Assembly: GCA_030603365.1 (NCBI GenBank)
Contig: JAUVXV010000002.1
Span: forward strand, 288,001-352,000
Length of the DNA stretch: 64,000 nucleotides
Direction of reading: 5' to 3'
From: Candidatus Heimdallarchaeota archaeon
GTDB taxonomy: Archaea; Asgardarchaeota; Heimdallarchaeia; Heimdallarchaeales; Heimdallarchaeaceae
Shown here: positions 10,200 to 21,243 of the stretch, piece after piece
Position numbering within the stretch: the stretch's first letter is position 1
How the letters are laid out: each line of letters starts with the position of its first letter
Position numbers and translations under genes: made by a program
The notes under the pieces: model-generated
What the model was told of the DNA's origin: nothing
Database searches by the model: none
The model's input: the letters and a program-made list of their open reading frames with translations, nothing else

Positions 10200-13100
10200 A
10201 TGAATAAAAACAGAAAGAAAACAATTCTAGTATTTGGTTTGCTAGTAATTCTTCTATATAGTTTCATTGCTATACAAGATACAAGCTCTTACACTCCTAC
10301 TGAAAACGAAAACTACTCTTTCAATATAGATTTTTCAAACATCATTTTCCAAATCGAATGGTATTATCCTCTCGAATGGTGCTCTCAAACACCTTGTGTT
10401 ATAGATATTGATCTGGATGGTAATCAGGAAATTCTTCTTTCAGGTTATTGTATAGATGATGATGGAAAGCTCATATGGTATAAATCAAATTTTGCTACAG
10501 TAGCTCAATCTACTTGTAGTTATGCAGATCTCGATAACGATAATGAGCTTGAAATTGTTATAGGAATGGCAGGTATTATTCGTTGTATTGACTATCAAGG
10601 AGCATTTGAGTGGAATTATGATAGAGTGGGGTACAGTTCATTATTCAAGACTCCGTGTATAGCAGATGTGGATGGAGATTCATATTTCGAAGTTATTAGT
10701 AGTACTGATTGGGATGGATTATTCTGTATATCACACGAAGGTAATCTTGAGTGGCAGCTAGAATTTGAAGATACTGGAAAAACTGGAGAACCAGCTGTAG
10801 TTGACATTAACGGAGACGGTTTATTTGAGATAATTGTGACTCATGGTAAGAAATTATTTTGCATAGACGGTCAAGGAGATATTATCTGGGAAACTGAATT
10901 CAGCAATTATCTGACAAGTTGTTTAGGAGTAGCTAATTTTGACATCATTTCTACTAGTATGGAAATAATTGTTTCAACTGACACACATCTTCACTGCGTA
11001 AACAACTTAGGATCTATCATATGGTCAAGTCCAATAGGCTTTGGAAATTATGATAATCCAATAATTGTTGACATAGACAGCAACGGATTCATGGATATAG
11101 TTTTGTGCTCTGATGCAGGGGTGGTATACTGCTACAGTAACACAGGAACATTATGGTGGGAAACTAATATTGAGGAAACGCTCCTAGAAACTCCTACAGT
11201 GATTGACTTCAATGATGACGGATTTTTAGAAATTATTGTTAGTTCTAGAAGCAACCATATCATCATACTTGACTGCTTAGGGAATATTCTCATATCTTAT
11301 GATATGTATATCTCAGCTAGAACTCCATTACTAATCACAGATTTAGATGGGAATAATAGATTTGAAATTCTTACTATCTGCGAAGATGATAATTTGTATT
11401 GTTGGGAGCTGTTTGGTATATCAATGACAGGTTCTCAAAGAATACTAACTTATAATGGTGGAGTATCAAGAACAAGAACTATTGACAGTGATGGGGATTA
11501 CTTAGATGACACAACAGAGTTGGCAATTCAAAGTAATTCAGCAGATGCTGATACAGATGATGATCAGTTGATTGATGGATTAGAGTTCTATAATTATGGA
11601 ACCAGTATAACTTCAAATGATACTGATGATGATGATATTTCGGACAAAAATGAATTATTTATTTACAATACTGACCCATTATCAAACGATACAGATCAAG
11701 ATAATCTAACTGATTTTGAAGAAATATTCACTTATCATACTAACCCATTGCATTTTGATTCAGATAATGATGCACTACCAGATTACTGGGAAATTACGGT
11801 GGATTTAGATCCAAATCTTTTCAACAGGTATAATGATCCAGATGATGATGGGCTTAACAATTATAGTGAGTATATTTTGAATCTTAATCCTTTATCTAAT
11901 GACACGGATGATGATAAAATGCCTGATAAGTGGGAAGTAGATAATTCCTTGGATCCTTTAACAAATGACTCTTACAATGACCCTGATAGTGACAATCTTT
12001 CTAACCTCATTGAGTTCACTTATCTAACGAATCCATTCAGTAATGACACGGATGGGGATTTGTTGTCAGATTATGATGAGATTTATACTTATCCCACGAA
12101 TCCAAAATTGCCCGATACAGATTTTGATGGATTAACTGATTATGAAGAGATTATGATTTATGGAACTAGTCCAATTTTAGTAGATACGGATGGGGATTTA
12201 ATATATGATTGGTGGGAGATAATGTATGGACTGAATCCATTTGAAGATGATAGTCAAGAGGATTGGGATAATGACACATTAAGTAATTTTGAAGAGTATG
12301 TTTATGGTACATCTCCGAGCAATCCAGATACAGATGGAGATACACTTCCAGATCAATACGAAATTCTTACAGGTTTAAATCCAAACATCAATGATACAGC
12401 TCAAGATCCAGATTTTGATGGTTTGACAAATATAGAAGAATACTTCTTCAACACAAACCCTCTCTACCATGATACTGATTACGATAGGTTATCTGACGGT
12501 GTCGAAGTAAAAGTACATCATACTAACCCAAACAGCCAAGATACCGATTCTGATGGGATGAGCGATTATTATGAAGTAGATTGTAATCTAAATCCTCTAA
12601 AGAATGATGCCAATTTAGATTTGGATCAGGATGGCTTAACTAATATTGAAGAATACGCAAACGGAACAGATCCTTGGGACTGGGATACTGATGGTGATGA
12701 AATGGATGATTACTGGGAGATCACTTATCACACAAATCCACTTCAATCAAATAAGGATAAAGACAATGATTGGGATGGTCTAACTAATTATGAAGAATAT
12801 CTTCTTGGTACAAATCCTACTGAAGATGATACCGATGGAGATAGCTTATTTGATGGTTATGAAGTTGAAAATGATCTTGATCCTCTTACTTCTGATAGTC
12901 ATACTGATCCTGATGGAGATGAGCTTACCAATCTCTCTGAATACTGGTTTGATACTGACCCCAATGATTTTGACACTGATGATGATGATTTAAATGATTA
13001 TTTGGAAGTAATGATCTATAATACCAATCCACTAAGAAAAGACACGGATGGGGATAACATGAAGGATGGTTATGAAGCAAAAGCTGGTTTAGATCCCCTT

Positions 13101-13844
13101 GTTAAAGATGCTTCTGAGGATCCTGATGGAGATCATCTCACAAATATTCAAGAGATGAGGATGGACAAAGACCCACTCAAATGGGATAATTGGTTATTAC
13201 TTTATGGTCTTTATCTTCTACCTGTTTGGATATCTCTATCTCTTTGTTATGTTCTCATTCTGAAGATGTCCAACAAGTTCATTACTGCCCGTCAAAGAGG
13301 TTTTAAAACACACAAAGAACAAAGACATGCTCACAAATTTGGTTTTCAAGGTGGTAAGCAGTTTAACGCAGCTAAAGAGAGTGGTTTCTCCACCCAAGAG
13401 CAATGGTATGAAGCGATTGAATCAGGCTTCCCCACGGTTGATGAATGGTTTGAAGCTAAAGTATCTGGTTTCCATTCTCTTGATCAGAAGATGATTGCTG
13501 AAAGCATAGGTTTCATAAATTTTTATGAGTTTGTTAACACTCTAACCAAACAGCTGAGGAAGTATAAATTCAGATTGAACAAACTTTTCTCTATTCTAGT
13601 TGAGCTTGATACTACAAAGACAATCACTTTAAAGAAGCTTCAAAGATATCACAAGGAAATAGTAGATATTATCAAAGTCAATAGTGAAATACATCCTAAC
13701 TTGATTCTCTATACCAATGTACCAACAGGCGATTACAAACTAACTAAAGATCTTCGAAACGAAGTCGTACGAGGAGAGGAATTACTTAACCAAGCCCGTT
13801 TAGTTGCACAGAAATTACATAAACAAATTCGAGCATCAACTTAG
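10200..13844 (+). CDS. Large single-pass surface protein: signal peptide, FG-GAP/VCBS-PQQ-type beta-propeller, ~24 TSP3-like Ca-binding repeats, TM, cytoplasmic GF-repeat/helical tail
   Basis: 8 DxDxDGxxEI-type motifs; ~24 DxDxDxxxD/NxxE…NP repeats; TM WLLLYGLYLLPVWISLSLCYVLIL. Confidence 0.9.
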   Translation: MNKNRKKTILVFGLLVILLYSFIAIQDTSSYTPTENENYSFNIDFSNIIFQIEWYYPLEWCSQTPCVIDIDLDGNQEILLSGYCIDDDGKLIWYKSNFATVAQSTCSYADLDNDNELEIVIGMAGIIRCIDYQGAFEWNYDRVGYSSLFKTPCIADVDGDSYFEVISSTDWDGLFCISHEGNLEWQLEFEDTGKTGEPAVVDINGDGLFEIIVTHGKKLFCIDGQGDIIWETEFSNYLTSCLGVANFDIISTSMEIIVSTDTHLHCVNNLGSIIWSSPIGFGNYDNPIIVDIDSNGFMDIVLCSDAGVVYCYSNTGTLWWETNIEETLLETPTVIDFNDDGFLEIIVSSRSNHIIILDCLGNILISYDMYISARTPLLITDLDGNNRFEILTICEDDNLYCWELFGISMTGSQRILTYNGGVSRTRTIDSDGDYLDDTTELAIQSNSADADTDDDQLIDGLEFYNYGTSITSNDTDDDDISDKNELFIYNTDPLSNDTDQDNLTDFEEIFTYHTNPLHFDSDNDALPDYWEITVDLDPNLFNRYNDPDDDGLNNYSEYILNLNPLSNDTDDDKMPDKWEVDNSLDPLTNDSYNDPDSDNLSNLIEFTYLTNPFSNDTDGDLLSDYDEIYTYPTNPKLPDTDFDGLTDYEEIMIYGTSPILVDTDGDLIYDWWEIMYGLNPFEDDSQEDWDNDTLSNFEEYVYGTSPSNPDTDGDTLPDQYEILTGLNPNINDTAQDPDFDGLTNIEEYFFNTNPLYHDTDYDRLSDGVEVKVHHTNPNSQDTDSDGMSDYYEVDCNLNPLKNDANLDLDQDGLTNIEEYANGTDPWDWDTDGDEMDDYWEITYHTNPLQSNKDKDNDWDGLTNYEEYLLGTNPTEDDTDGDSLFDGYEVENDLDPLTSDSHTDPDGDELTNLSEYWFDTDPNDFDTDDDDLNDYLEVMIYNTNPLRKDTDGDNMKDGYEAKAGLDPLVKDASEDPDGDHLTNIQEMRMDKDPLKWDNWLLLYGLYLLPVWISLSLCYVLILKMSNKFITARQRGFKTHKEQRHAHKFGFQGGKQFNAAKESGFSTQEQWYEAIESGFPTVDEWFEAKVSGFHSLDQKMIAESIGFINFYEFVNTLTKQLRKYKFRLNKLFSILVELDTTKTITLKKLQRYHKEIVDIIKVNSEIHPNLILYTNVPTGDYKLTKDLRNEVVRGEELLNQARLVAQKLHKQIRAST
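11484..13185 (+). repeat. Coding tandem repeat: ~24 degenerate TSP3-like (DTDGDGLTDxEE) units of about 23-27 aa
   Basis: Counted by eye in the translation. Confidence 0.85.
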
Positions 13845-13897
13845 ATTCTACAACGATTACACAAAATTATTAAACACTTAATTTTTCTAAACCTTGT

Positions 13898-14641
13898 ATG
13901 GTCACTATTAGATGTGGAGAGCAGAAACTCGAAAATGTTGAACTCGTTTGTTTTGATAAAGATGGTACAATTCTTACTCTTGATATGTATATTCCTGTAA
14001 TGGAAAAACGAGCTAAACTACTTCTTCAAAAATATGGACTTAAGGAAGACAGTTATAACGACATTGTTTCTTTAATGGGTCTTAATCCTGAAACTCATGA
14101 GATTATTTTGGGGGGTCCAATCCACATTGAAAGAGTTGAAATCATTCACAGAACAAGAGAATATCTTCGAACACTATCCATTAATTCTACTGTTGAAGAC
14201 ATTGCTGAACTTTTTGATGAAGTAGATCATATGGTTGATTTTCCAGACCATGTAAAGAGCTTGGAAGGTATTCAAGGAGTTCTAGAAAAAATCAGAAATT
14301 CTGATGCCAAGTTGGTTGTAGTTACTCACGATAGTACTGAACCTGCTGCGAAACAACTTGCTAGTGCAGGACTTTTCGATTATTTCGATTTAGTATTAGG
14401 TTTAGATATAGACTCTCCTTATCACGCAAAACCAGCACCTGATATGTTACAATATGCTTGTAAAATACTAAATGCTGATGTTTCTAAATCTATTGTCATT
14501 GGAGATGACGACCGTGATATGCTTATGGGAAAAAATGCTGGAGCCATGTCTTGTATAGGAGTTTTGACCGGAAAGGATAAAGAAGCTGAACTCAAGAATG
14601 CAGATGTGATACTAAATTCTGCATCAGAAATGAAACTCTAA
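13898..14641 (+). CDS. HAD-superfamily hydrolase (phosphoglycolate phosphatase-like)
   Basis: FDKDGT motif I, VVTH, KPAPD, IGDDDRD. Confidence 0.9.
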   Translation: MVTIRCGEQKLENVELVCFDKDGTILTLDMYIPVMEKRAKLLLQKYGLKEDSYNDIVSLMGLNPETHEIILGGPIHIERVEIIHRTREYLRTLSINSTVEDIAELFDEVDHMVDFPDHVKSLEGIQGVLEKIRNSDAKLVVVTHDSTEPAAKQLASAGLFDYFDLVLGLDIDSPYHAKPAPDMLQYACKILNADVSKSIVIGDDDRDMLMGKNAGAMSCIGVLTGKDKEAELKNADVILNSASEMKL

Positions 14642-14710
14642 ATTTCTGATTTTGTTGATAGATTTCGCATTTTCTTTTAATGTATATAGTGATGTAAAAA
14701 GAAGAAGATG

Positions 14711-16489
14711 TTACTCTTCTATTTCAATACCAAGGTAGTCTTCAATAATACCTTTCAATTTGTCAGGTGTCACTCTGAAATCATCTAATATTATTCCATC
14801 TTGTAACTTAATTAATCTAAAACCTGGACGAACAAGAGACAAGTCATGAGTGCTCATAATAATCGTTGTACCATATTTCTGAGCTGTTTCCATCAGAAGA
14901 GAGATAATGTTTCTGGCTAAGCGAGAGTCAAGGTTAGCTGATGGCTCATCTGCAAAGATGATGGGAGCTTTTCTAGCTAGTGCAACAGCTAAAGCTGCTC
15001 TTTGACGTTCTCCTGCTGAAAGTTCTGCTGCATATTGTCTAACCTTATGGTCTATTTCTACACCTTCTGCTATTGATAGTAAATCAGAATCCACAAATTC
15101 TTCTCTATCATTGAAGATTCTGGGTATCATCATATTTTCATTCACAGTATACTGGTTGAACAGATTGTTTATTTGATTAATCATTGCAATTTCATAAAAT
15201 CGGAAATCTGCTATTTCTTTTGCATTACCATTAACAATATCAAAATCCTTGATAAAGATGTTACCTTCATCAGGATTTTCAACTCCTGAAACCACATTCA
15301 TGAGAGTTGTTTTACCAGCACCACTTTTTCCAGAGATTACCACAAAGTCTCCTTTGTTTATTGTTAATGATACATCTTTGAGAACTTCATTGACTATTCT
15401 TCCAGCTGGGAAGGATTTGTAAAGGTTTTCTATTCGAATTATCTCTTCTGATTTCTTCGGATAATCAAACTGCTGTTCAAGAATAGGTTTAATCTCACTG
15501 AAAGATACTTGACTTCCTATCTTAGTTGCAGTTAAGCCTTCACCTTCAGTCTCTTCTTCTTCTTCTGGTTGGTAATCTTCCAATCTTTTTAGAATCTCAT
15601 AAACTTCTTCTGCATTAGTTTCATTTGGATTGAATAGAAAAGAAAATCTCTTTGAAGAATGGATATCAAATTCAACAATATGCTTATAGTTTCCAGCTAC
15701 AAAGACTTCGTCTGGTAGTCTAATAAATTGGGAACTATCAATCATTGATTGAAGATTTGATTCTTGTGGTCGCAAAATGAAATCAAGTTCTCCTCTATCA
15801 AGATCAGTATTTACACCAACTAGACGACCATCTCGTATGATATAGCTTTTCTTGAAAGCATTTCTGAAACGGAGATCATGGGTTACTACTAAGATTGTAG
15901 TTCCAAAGTTTTCATTCAAATCTCTAAAAGTTTCAATGATATCATTTGTATTTGCAGTATCTAGCTGACCTGTGGGTTCATCTGCTAGTAACAGTCTAGG
16001 TTTCTTCGCAAGTGCAACTCCTATACTTGCTCGCATGGCTTCTCCTCCAGAAACTTTAGTAATTGGATTTTTCCTTATCTTCTCCAGATGTAAAACGTCG
16101 ATTAAATTATCAAGACTTTTCTGAGCTCTTTCTCTAGTCATATACTTCATTTTCATAGGAAGAAGGATATTTTTCTCTAAAGTTAAGGAAGAAAGAAGGT
16201 TTTGTCCAACGAATTGATTCACAATACCCATTCGATGATATCTGAATTTCCTCATTTGTTTTTCAGATAATTCTGCTATGTTGACATTGTCTAGAAGTAC
16301 AGTCCCACCACTTGGTTTTTCTAACCCAGAGAGTATTTTTATCAAAGTACTTTTTCCTGCACCACTTGGACCGATTATACTCGCTACATCTCCCTCTTTG
16401 ATGTACATATCCAATCCCCTCAATGCAGAGACTTTAAGTTCTGTAATGGGATCATAGAACACTTTTATGAGATCTTTTGTTATTATCAT
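14711..16489 (-). CDS. ABC ATPase with two tandem LolD/MacB-type nucleotide-binding domains
   Basis: GPSGAGKS/VSGGE/LLLADEPT/THD and GKSGAGKT/LSAGE/IIFADEPS/THD. Confidence 0.92.
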   Translation of the reverse strand: MIITKDLIKVFYDPITELKVSALRGLDMYIKEGDVASIIGPSGAGKSTLIKILSGLEKPSGGTVLLDNVNIAELSEKQMRKFRYHRMGIVNQFVGQNLLSSLTLEKNILLPMKMKYMTRERAQKSLDNLIDVLHLEKIRKNPITKVSGGEAMRASIGVALAKKPRLLLADEPTGQLDTANTNDIIETFRDLNENFGTTILVVTHDLRFRNAFKKSYIIRDGRLVGVNTDLDRGELDFILRPQESNLQSMIDSSQFIRLPDEVFVAGNYKHIVEFDIHSSKRFSFLFNPNETNAEEVYEILKRLEDYQPEEEEETEGEGLTATKIGSQVSFSEIKPILEQQFDYPKKSEEIIRIENLYKSFPAGRIVNEVLKDVSLTINKGDFVVISGKSGAGKTTLMNVVSGVENPDEGNIFIKDFDIVNGNAKEIADFRFYEIAMINQINNLFNQYTVNENMMIPRIFNDREEFVDSDLLSIAEGVEIDHKVRQYAAELSAGERQRAALAVALARKAPIIFADEPSANLDSRLARNIISLLMETAQKYGTTIIMSTHDLSLVRPGFRLIKLQDGIILDDFRVTPDKLKGIIEDYLGIEIEE

Positions 16490-16498
16490 TTTCCATCA

Positions 16499-19400
16499 TC
16501 ACTCCATCATCGTTGGTGCATATTTACTAAATTCCTTTTTCAGGAAATAGTTTAGGCTAAAGTAGACTAGTAACGGTATCCCCACAAATAACAATCCTAT
16601 CACAATATATGGATAATTGATGTAGAATTTGTAAGGTGCTGCACCATAATTCAGCTGTTTTAACGTTATCTTTATTATGCTGAATCCTACAGCTGCTCCT
16701 ATACCTAATGCGGGTATTATCGCCGCTAACATCGTCTGGACTGAAGACATGGATATTATTTTTGCACTGTTTATACCCATCTTCTTCATGATATCATGCT
16801 TTATCACTCTCTTTTCTAGTATCTTTATTGCTGTTGTAAAAACTGAGAATATCAGAACTCCTGTTGCTACAAATAAAGACAGAAGCATCTCAATTATGAA
16901 GATGTTGTAAAGCGGGGTTTTTAGTCCATCTTTTACGTCTGACACTGTATCAATTGTCAATCCTTGCTCTATTTCATAGAGCTTATCAACAACTAATTCA
17001 GCATCATTTTCATAGTATGTTTTTATGAAAATTTCATCTTTGAATTTCAATCGTCTATAAATAATACTGTCTAATACCTCAAATGCGTCTGTTGATACTA
17101 TCATCATGTGCTCATCATTATTTAGATCCCATCTTGTGAAGAAAACCGGGAATAGATTGAAATTACCTAGTATTGTCAGAGTATGTGAAATTGCTGGTAT
17201 ATCTGGGTGAAAAATTTCTAATGTTCCTCCAATTGGTTTCTGCCAGTACTCTTTCATTGGATTTGAAATAATAACATTACTGCTATTAAGTAAAGCAAGT
17301 AAGTTCCAATCTATAGTCGTTACACCACTTGCTGGTACTGTCATCGTTTTCATGAATGTCGTAGTGTTTATCACCAATAAACGAGCATGATCAAATCCCT
17401 CACCAGGTGTTGATGTGTAGAGAGTGTATTCTTTGATATGTGTATAACTCTTTATCTGAGGCATTGAATCTAAATCATCTGTAGTAATGACGCTTGTATC
17501 ATCCCAATACATCACTCTTACATCAGCCCCATTCATGAAATAAGCTTGTTCGGTTAATGTCGTTTCCTTTGAATACGGTACAACTAATACTGGTACAATT
17601 ATCAGTACTACAAGTAAGAATATCAGAGTGATATTTTCAAAATGTCTGATATCCTTCCCTATTTCTGCAAGTGAGAAACTGAACCGAGATTTCTTATATC
17701 GCCAAATTAAGGCGCTTATTGATCTCAGAATCAACCCTAATATTTTCACTGCAAATGGTAAACCACCTATTAATGTAAATATTGCACCTGCTATTGTAAG
17801 AAACAGGTAAATTGTGAAATCTCCTACAGCTTGAGAATCAAATGAAACGAAAGCTCTACTATAGAAATAGTAGAATAATCCTATCCCTAAACCTAAGAAA
17901 AATATATCTCTCCAAGATAATAATCTAGATTTGATTATGAAGTTAACAAGCGAAGAGAATGTAGTTTGAGTCTCTTTCTCAGTGTATGCTTCTACTAGAC
18001 TTGAATCTGTTTTTTGCTCTCCTGCAATGATTGTTTCTTCTTGAGGAATATCATAAGTTGGTTCAGGTTCTTTCTTAATTCTTCTTTGAGCGATCCTTGG
18101 AGCTTTTTCAATCTTTCTCTTTCTTCTAACTAGCATAAAGATACGAGGAACGGATATAACAAATAACACACCCGCCACCAATCCTAGGGTTAGAGGAACA
18201 TTTCCAATCACTAGATGAGTATCAGTATTTGTAAATGATATGAACCCGTCGATTTTAATCAGAGGAACCGCAGTACCTACCGCGATTCCAAAGCTAACTA
18301 AACTTGCTATGATTATCTCCACAATCCGTATAACAAGATAATTCCAAAATAATCTCCCCGTAGAAATACCTCTATTTCTAAGTATTTCCATCTCTTTTTC
18401 AAAACTTGAAGAGAATAAATCCGAAGATTCAAATACCATAAAAATTGAAAGCAAAATAGCTGGAATTGCAAAAATCAACAATCGTGCCATATTGTTTAGA
18501 TAATACTCGTTGAATGATTCAAAGAATATTTTTAGTTCTGTTGTTTCCACATCATTTAATTCATCACGTAGTTGTGTGCTTATACTAGAAGAGGGATCAA
18601 AACTAAAAGTGAATATTTTTTGTTGCATAATTGATTGTTCGTTTACTAATGATGTTCTATCAGTTACACTAAATTCATCGAAATTCATTACCAACTGATA
18701 ATATCCCCACATACCAAGATGCATTTTATTACCATTGGATAATATTTCGAAGAATGAGCTTTGTTTTGTAATTATATCAGCGTTTTCAGATGCAATTGTA
18801 TAGATATCATATGGAACTTCCAAATGTTCTGCTACTCTTTTTGCTTGTCCTACATTTATTTTTTCAAAAATACCTACAACAGTACAATTAATCAGATAAT
18901 TTTCTTCGTCAGCTGGAGCTCCTAATACTCCTACCCAGAAATCAGCCCAAGCTCTTACTGTCAAAGTGTCACCAACATCCAAGTCAGCTCTTCTAGATAG
19001 TTGTTCTGTAATTACAACTTCACTTTCATTTATAGGAGTTCTTCCCTCTTGTATCATGGAGTATAAGAATTCATCACAATCATCTGGTAATCCTATAAAT
19101 CTATAATCTAGCTCTACATATAACGAGGGTTTGTGCACCTTTAGAATCGTTTTATAACCTGAGATTACATCCTCGATATATTTATCCACTGTCATGCCAT
19201 GATATAAATCTAAAATTTCATCTTTTGCGTCAGTATTATATGAAGGTGAAATTAATGAATAATTCCCTGTAATAAATGAAGTTTTAAGTCTTGCAGATAT
19301 TTCTCCATCTGCCATAAGTGGAAAAGATCTATCGAATGCTTTGACCATTGCTGATTCTTCACTTTGGGCTATGATCAATGAAGAACATAGCAAATAACCA

Positions 19401-20923
19401 GTTATTACAAAACCTGCTAATGTTATAACAGATCGTTTCTTATTCGACAACCAAATTGTAAATATAGTACTAAATGCGTTTCTTATTAATCTACCAATAT
19501 TCAAAAAGAATTTTGCAAATTTTGAGCGTTCTTCTCCAACTTGAGAATCTGTTAAGAAAGCTTTTATTTCCTGCTTTCTCCTCATCAAAGTTATCCATAA
19601 AAGAATCCCTACAAGTATTACTGCTACTGCTATTATTACAACAACCCACCATTTTGTAATAAAGAACTCAATAATGGGATTATAAACTTCCAAAGATTCA
19701 ATATATAATTCTGTCTCCAGAATTAAATCTGTTAATACAAAGAGAGCTAATCCAATCTTTTCTCTATATGCTAAGGGGGATTCTGGAGCGTACGGGGTTG
19801 TATTTATTCTTTTTGAGAATATAACGACAAAGTTAGCTCCTTCTAGATAAATTGCGTATTGATTTTCTACTATCTTTTTTTCTGATTGGATACTTTGAAC
19901 ACCCCAACTTGAACCAGTTAGAGTATAATAAAATAGATTTACAAAATTATCATCTACCAAATCCACCACTAGCACTGCTGTTGCAGTATCATCATAATTA
20001 TAGTTGAAATCTATTGGATTTTCATAAAATGTCGATTGAGATGCTTCTGAGATAGATATTCCATCAAAATAACCCCAATATAATCTTAAAGGATTAACAA
20101 ACACAAAAGAAAGTAGGCCTTCAGCTGGATCACACCTTTCTGCAGCAAATTTTGGAACATCATACAAGACGTCACTGAAAGTTCTAGTAGCTATTGGTGT
20201 CAGTAAAAAACTAAAATCATCCAACAATCCAATTCCAATACCATAATCATCTTGTCTTAACTCGTAAATATACCACAGGTTATAAAATTCATCAAGTACG
20301 ATATCCACAACATCTCTAGTTGGAGAACTAGAAATGTAGAAAGATTCATTATATATTGTTCCACCAGGTGGTCCCCAATATCTAGTTATATTCATGTGTT
20401 GGTTGTCTCCTCCCCAGTAAATATTATGAAAAGCATTAATCATACCATCTTCATAAATAAATTTGTAATAAGTTACATAATAGGCAACCAATTCACCAGT
20501 TAACTTAAATATCAATACATCTCGTTCAAAACTGTCTTGTTTTTCATATACTCTAAACTCTCTAGCACCTAACCCTGTGTCCTTTGAATATGCTACTCCA
20601 ACTTTTGTTCCATCGGCATATGCACTATAGATGTCAATACCTTGAGCGAAATCATCTAATATTTCAAAGAAGACTTCTCCTTCGATGTAATATAAGTGTA
20701 TGAACCTGGTACCATTGCTGTTCTTTATGATGAGAAAATTGTGCAGATTTCCATCACCATCCAACAGAGCCAATGATTCTAATACTCCGCCTTCGGACAC
20801 TGTATCTGTTAGATAGAGTATATCTTCATTTTCTTGAGCTTGAGAGGGAATGACAAAAAATGAACTAATTAGTACAAGTAAACTTAACAAAAACAGCTGT
20901 TTCTTTTTATGCAACGTTATCAT
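16499..20923 (-). CDS. Type VII (FtsX/MacB-like) ABC permease with two FtsX halves and an extra N-terminal ectodomain
   Basis: ILRNRGIS and IMKKMGI FtsX motifs, GADVRV, GRTP..ESEVVI; start placed at ATG 20923 ahead of a signal peptide. Confidence 0.85.
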   Translation of the reverse strand: MITLHKKKQLFLLSLLVLISSFFVIPSQAQENEDILYLTDTVSEGGVLESLALLDGDGNLHNFLIIKNSNGTRFIHLYYIEGEVFFEILDDFAQGIDIYSAYADGTKVGVAYSKDTGLGAREFRVYEKQDSFERDVLIFKLTGELVAYYVTYYKFIYEDGMINAFHNIYWGGDNQHMNITRYWGPPGGTIYNESFYISSSPTRDVVDIVLDEFYNLWYIYELRQDDYGIGIGLLDDFSFLLTPIATRTFSDVLYDVPKFAAERCDPAEGLLSFVFVNPLRLYWGYFDGISISEASQSTFYENPIDFNYNYDDTATAVLVVDLVDDNFVNLFYYTLTGSSWGVQSIQSEKKIVENQYAIYLEGANFVVIFSKRINTTPYAPESPLAYREKIGLALFVLTDLILETELYIESLEVYNPIIEFFITKWWVVVIIAVAVILVGILLWITLMRRKQEIKAFLTDSQVGEERSKFAKFFLNIGRLIRNAFSTIFTIWLSNKKRSVITLAGFVITGYLLCSSLIIAQSEESAMVKAFDRSFPLMADGEISARLKTSFITGNYSLISPSYNTDAKDEILDLYHGMTVDKYIEDVISGYKTILKVHKPSLYVELDYRFIGLPDDCDEFLYSMIQEGRTPINESEVVITEQLSRRADLDVGDTLTVRAWADFWVGVLGAPADEENYLINCTVVGIFEKINVGQAKRVAEHLEVPYDIYTIASENADIITKQSSFFEILSNGNKMHLGMWGYYQLVMNFDEFSVTDRTSLVNEQSIMQQKIFTFSFDPSSSISTQLRDELNDVETTELKIFFESFNEYYLNNMARLLIFAIPAILLSIFMVFESSDLFSSSFEKEMEILRNRGISTGRLFWNYLVIRIVEIIIASLVSFGIAVGTAVPLIKIDGFISFTNTDTHLVIGNVPLTLGLVAGVLFVISVPRIFMLVRRKRKIEKAPRIAQRRIKKEPEPTYDIPQEETIIAGEQKTDSSLVEAYTEKETQTTFSSLVNFIIKSRLLSWRDIFFLGLGIGLFYYFYSRAFVSFDSQAVGDFTIYLFLTIAGAIFTLIGGLPFAVKILGLILRSISALIWRYKKSRFSFSLAEIGKDIRHFENITLIFLLVVLIIVPVLVVPYSKETTLTEQAYFMNGADVRVMYWDDTSVITTDDLDSMPQIKSYTHIKEYTLYTSTPGEGFDHARLLVINTTTFMKTMTVPASGVTTIDWNLLALLNSSNVIISNPMKEYWQKPIGGTLEIFHPDIPAISHTLTILGNFNLFPVFFTRWDLNNDEHMMIVSTDAFEVLDSIIYRRLKFKDEIFIKTYYENDAELVVDKLYEIEQGLTIDTVSDVKDGLKTPLYNIFIIEMLLSLFVATGVLIFSVFTTAIKILEKRVIKHDIMKKMGINSAKIISMSSVQTMLAAIIPALGIGAAVGFSIIKITLKQLNYGAAPYKFYINYPYIVIGLLFVGIPLLVYFSLNYFLKKEFSKYAPTMME

Positions 20924-21243
20924 GCGTAGAGACCTTGGTGCGTTTATAATTTTTTTGTAACGTATATGTTGACAAATGGATCCATAGTATAATCTAATAG
21001 ACCAATTTTCAACAATCAAAATAATCTAATTGCAAGCATTTAAAAGTCTTACGTGTATAAGAACTAATTCTCATGACGATAAGAAATAAAAAGTAAACCC
21101 TAATCAAAAATACAAATCTATGTAGATTCAAATTTTTTAAAATGGGAGAGCATCACATTTATAAATGTACAATGCGTTTTCTCAGCATGTCAAGAAAGTT
21201 GTTTCATAATCTTGAGACACAAGTATCTTAATGTGGTTAATTT

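Noticed and set aside
11484-13185. Periodic gatac.gatgg motifs as a DNA repeat array
   Set aside because: Explained by protein-level TSP3-like repeats; nucleotide copies are highly degenerate
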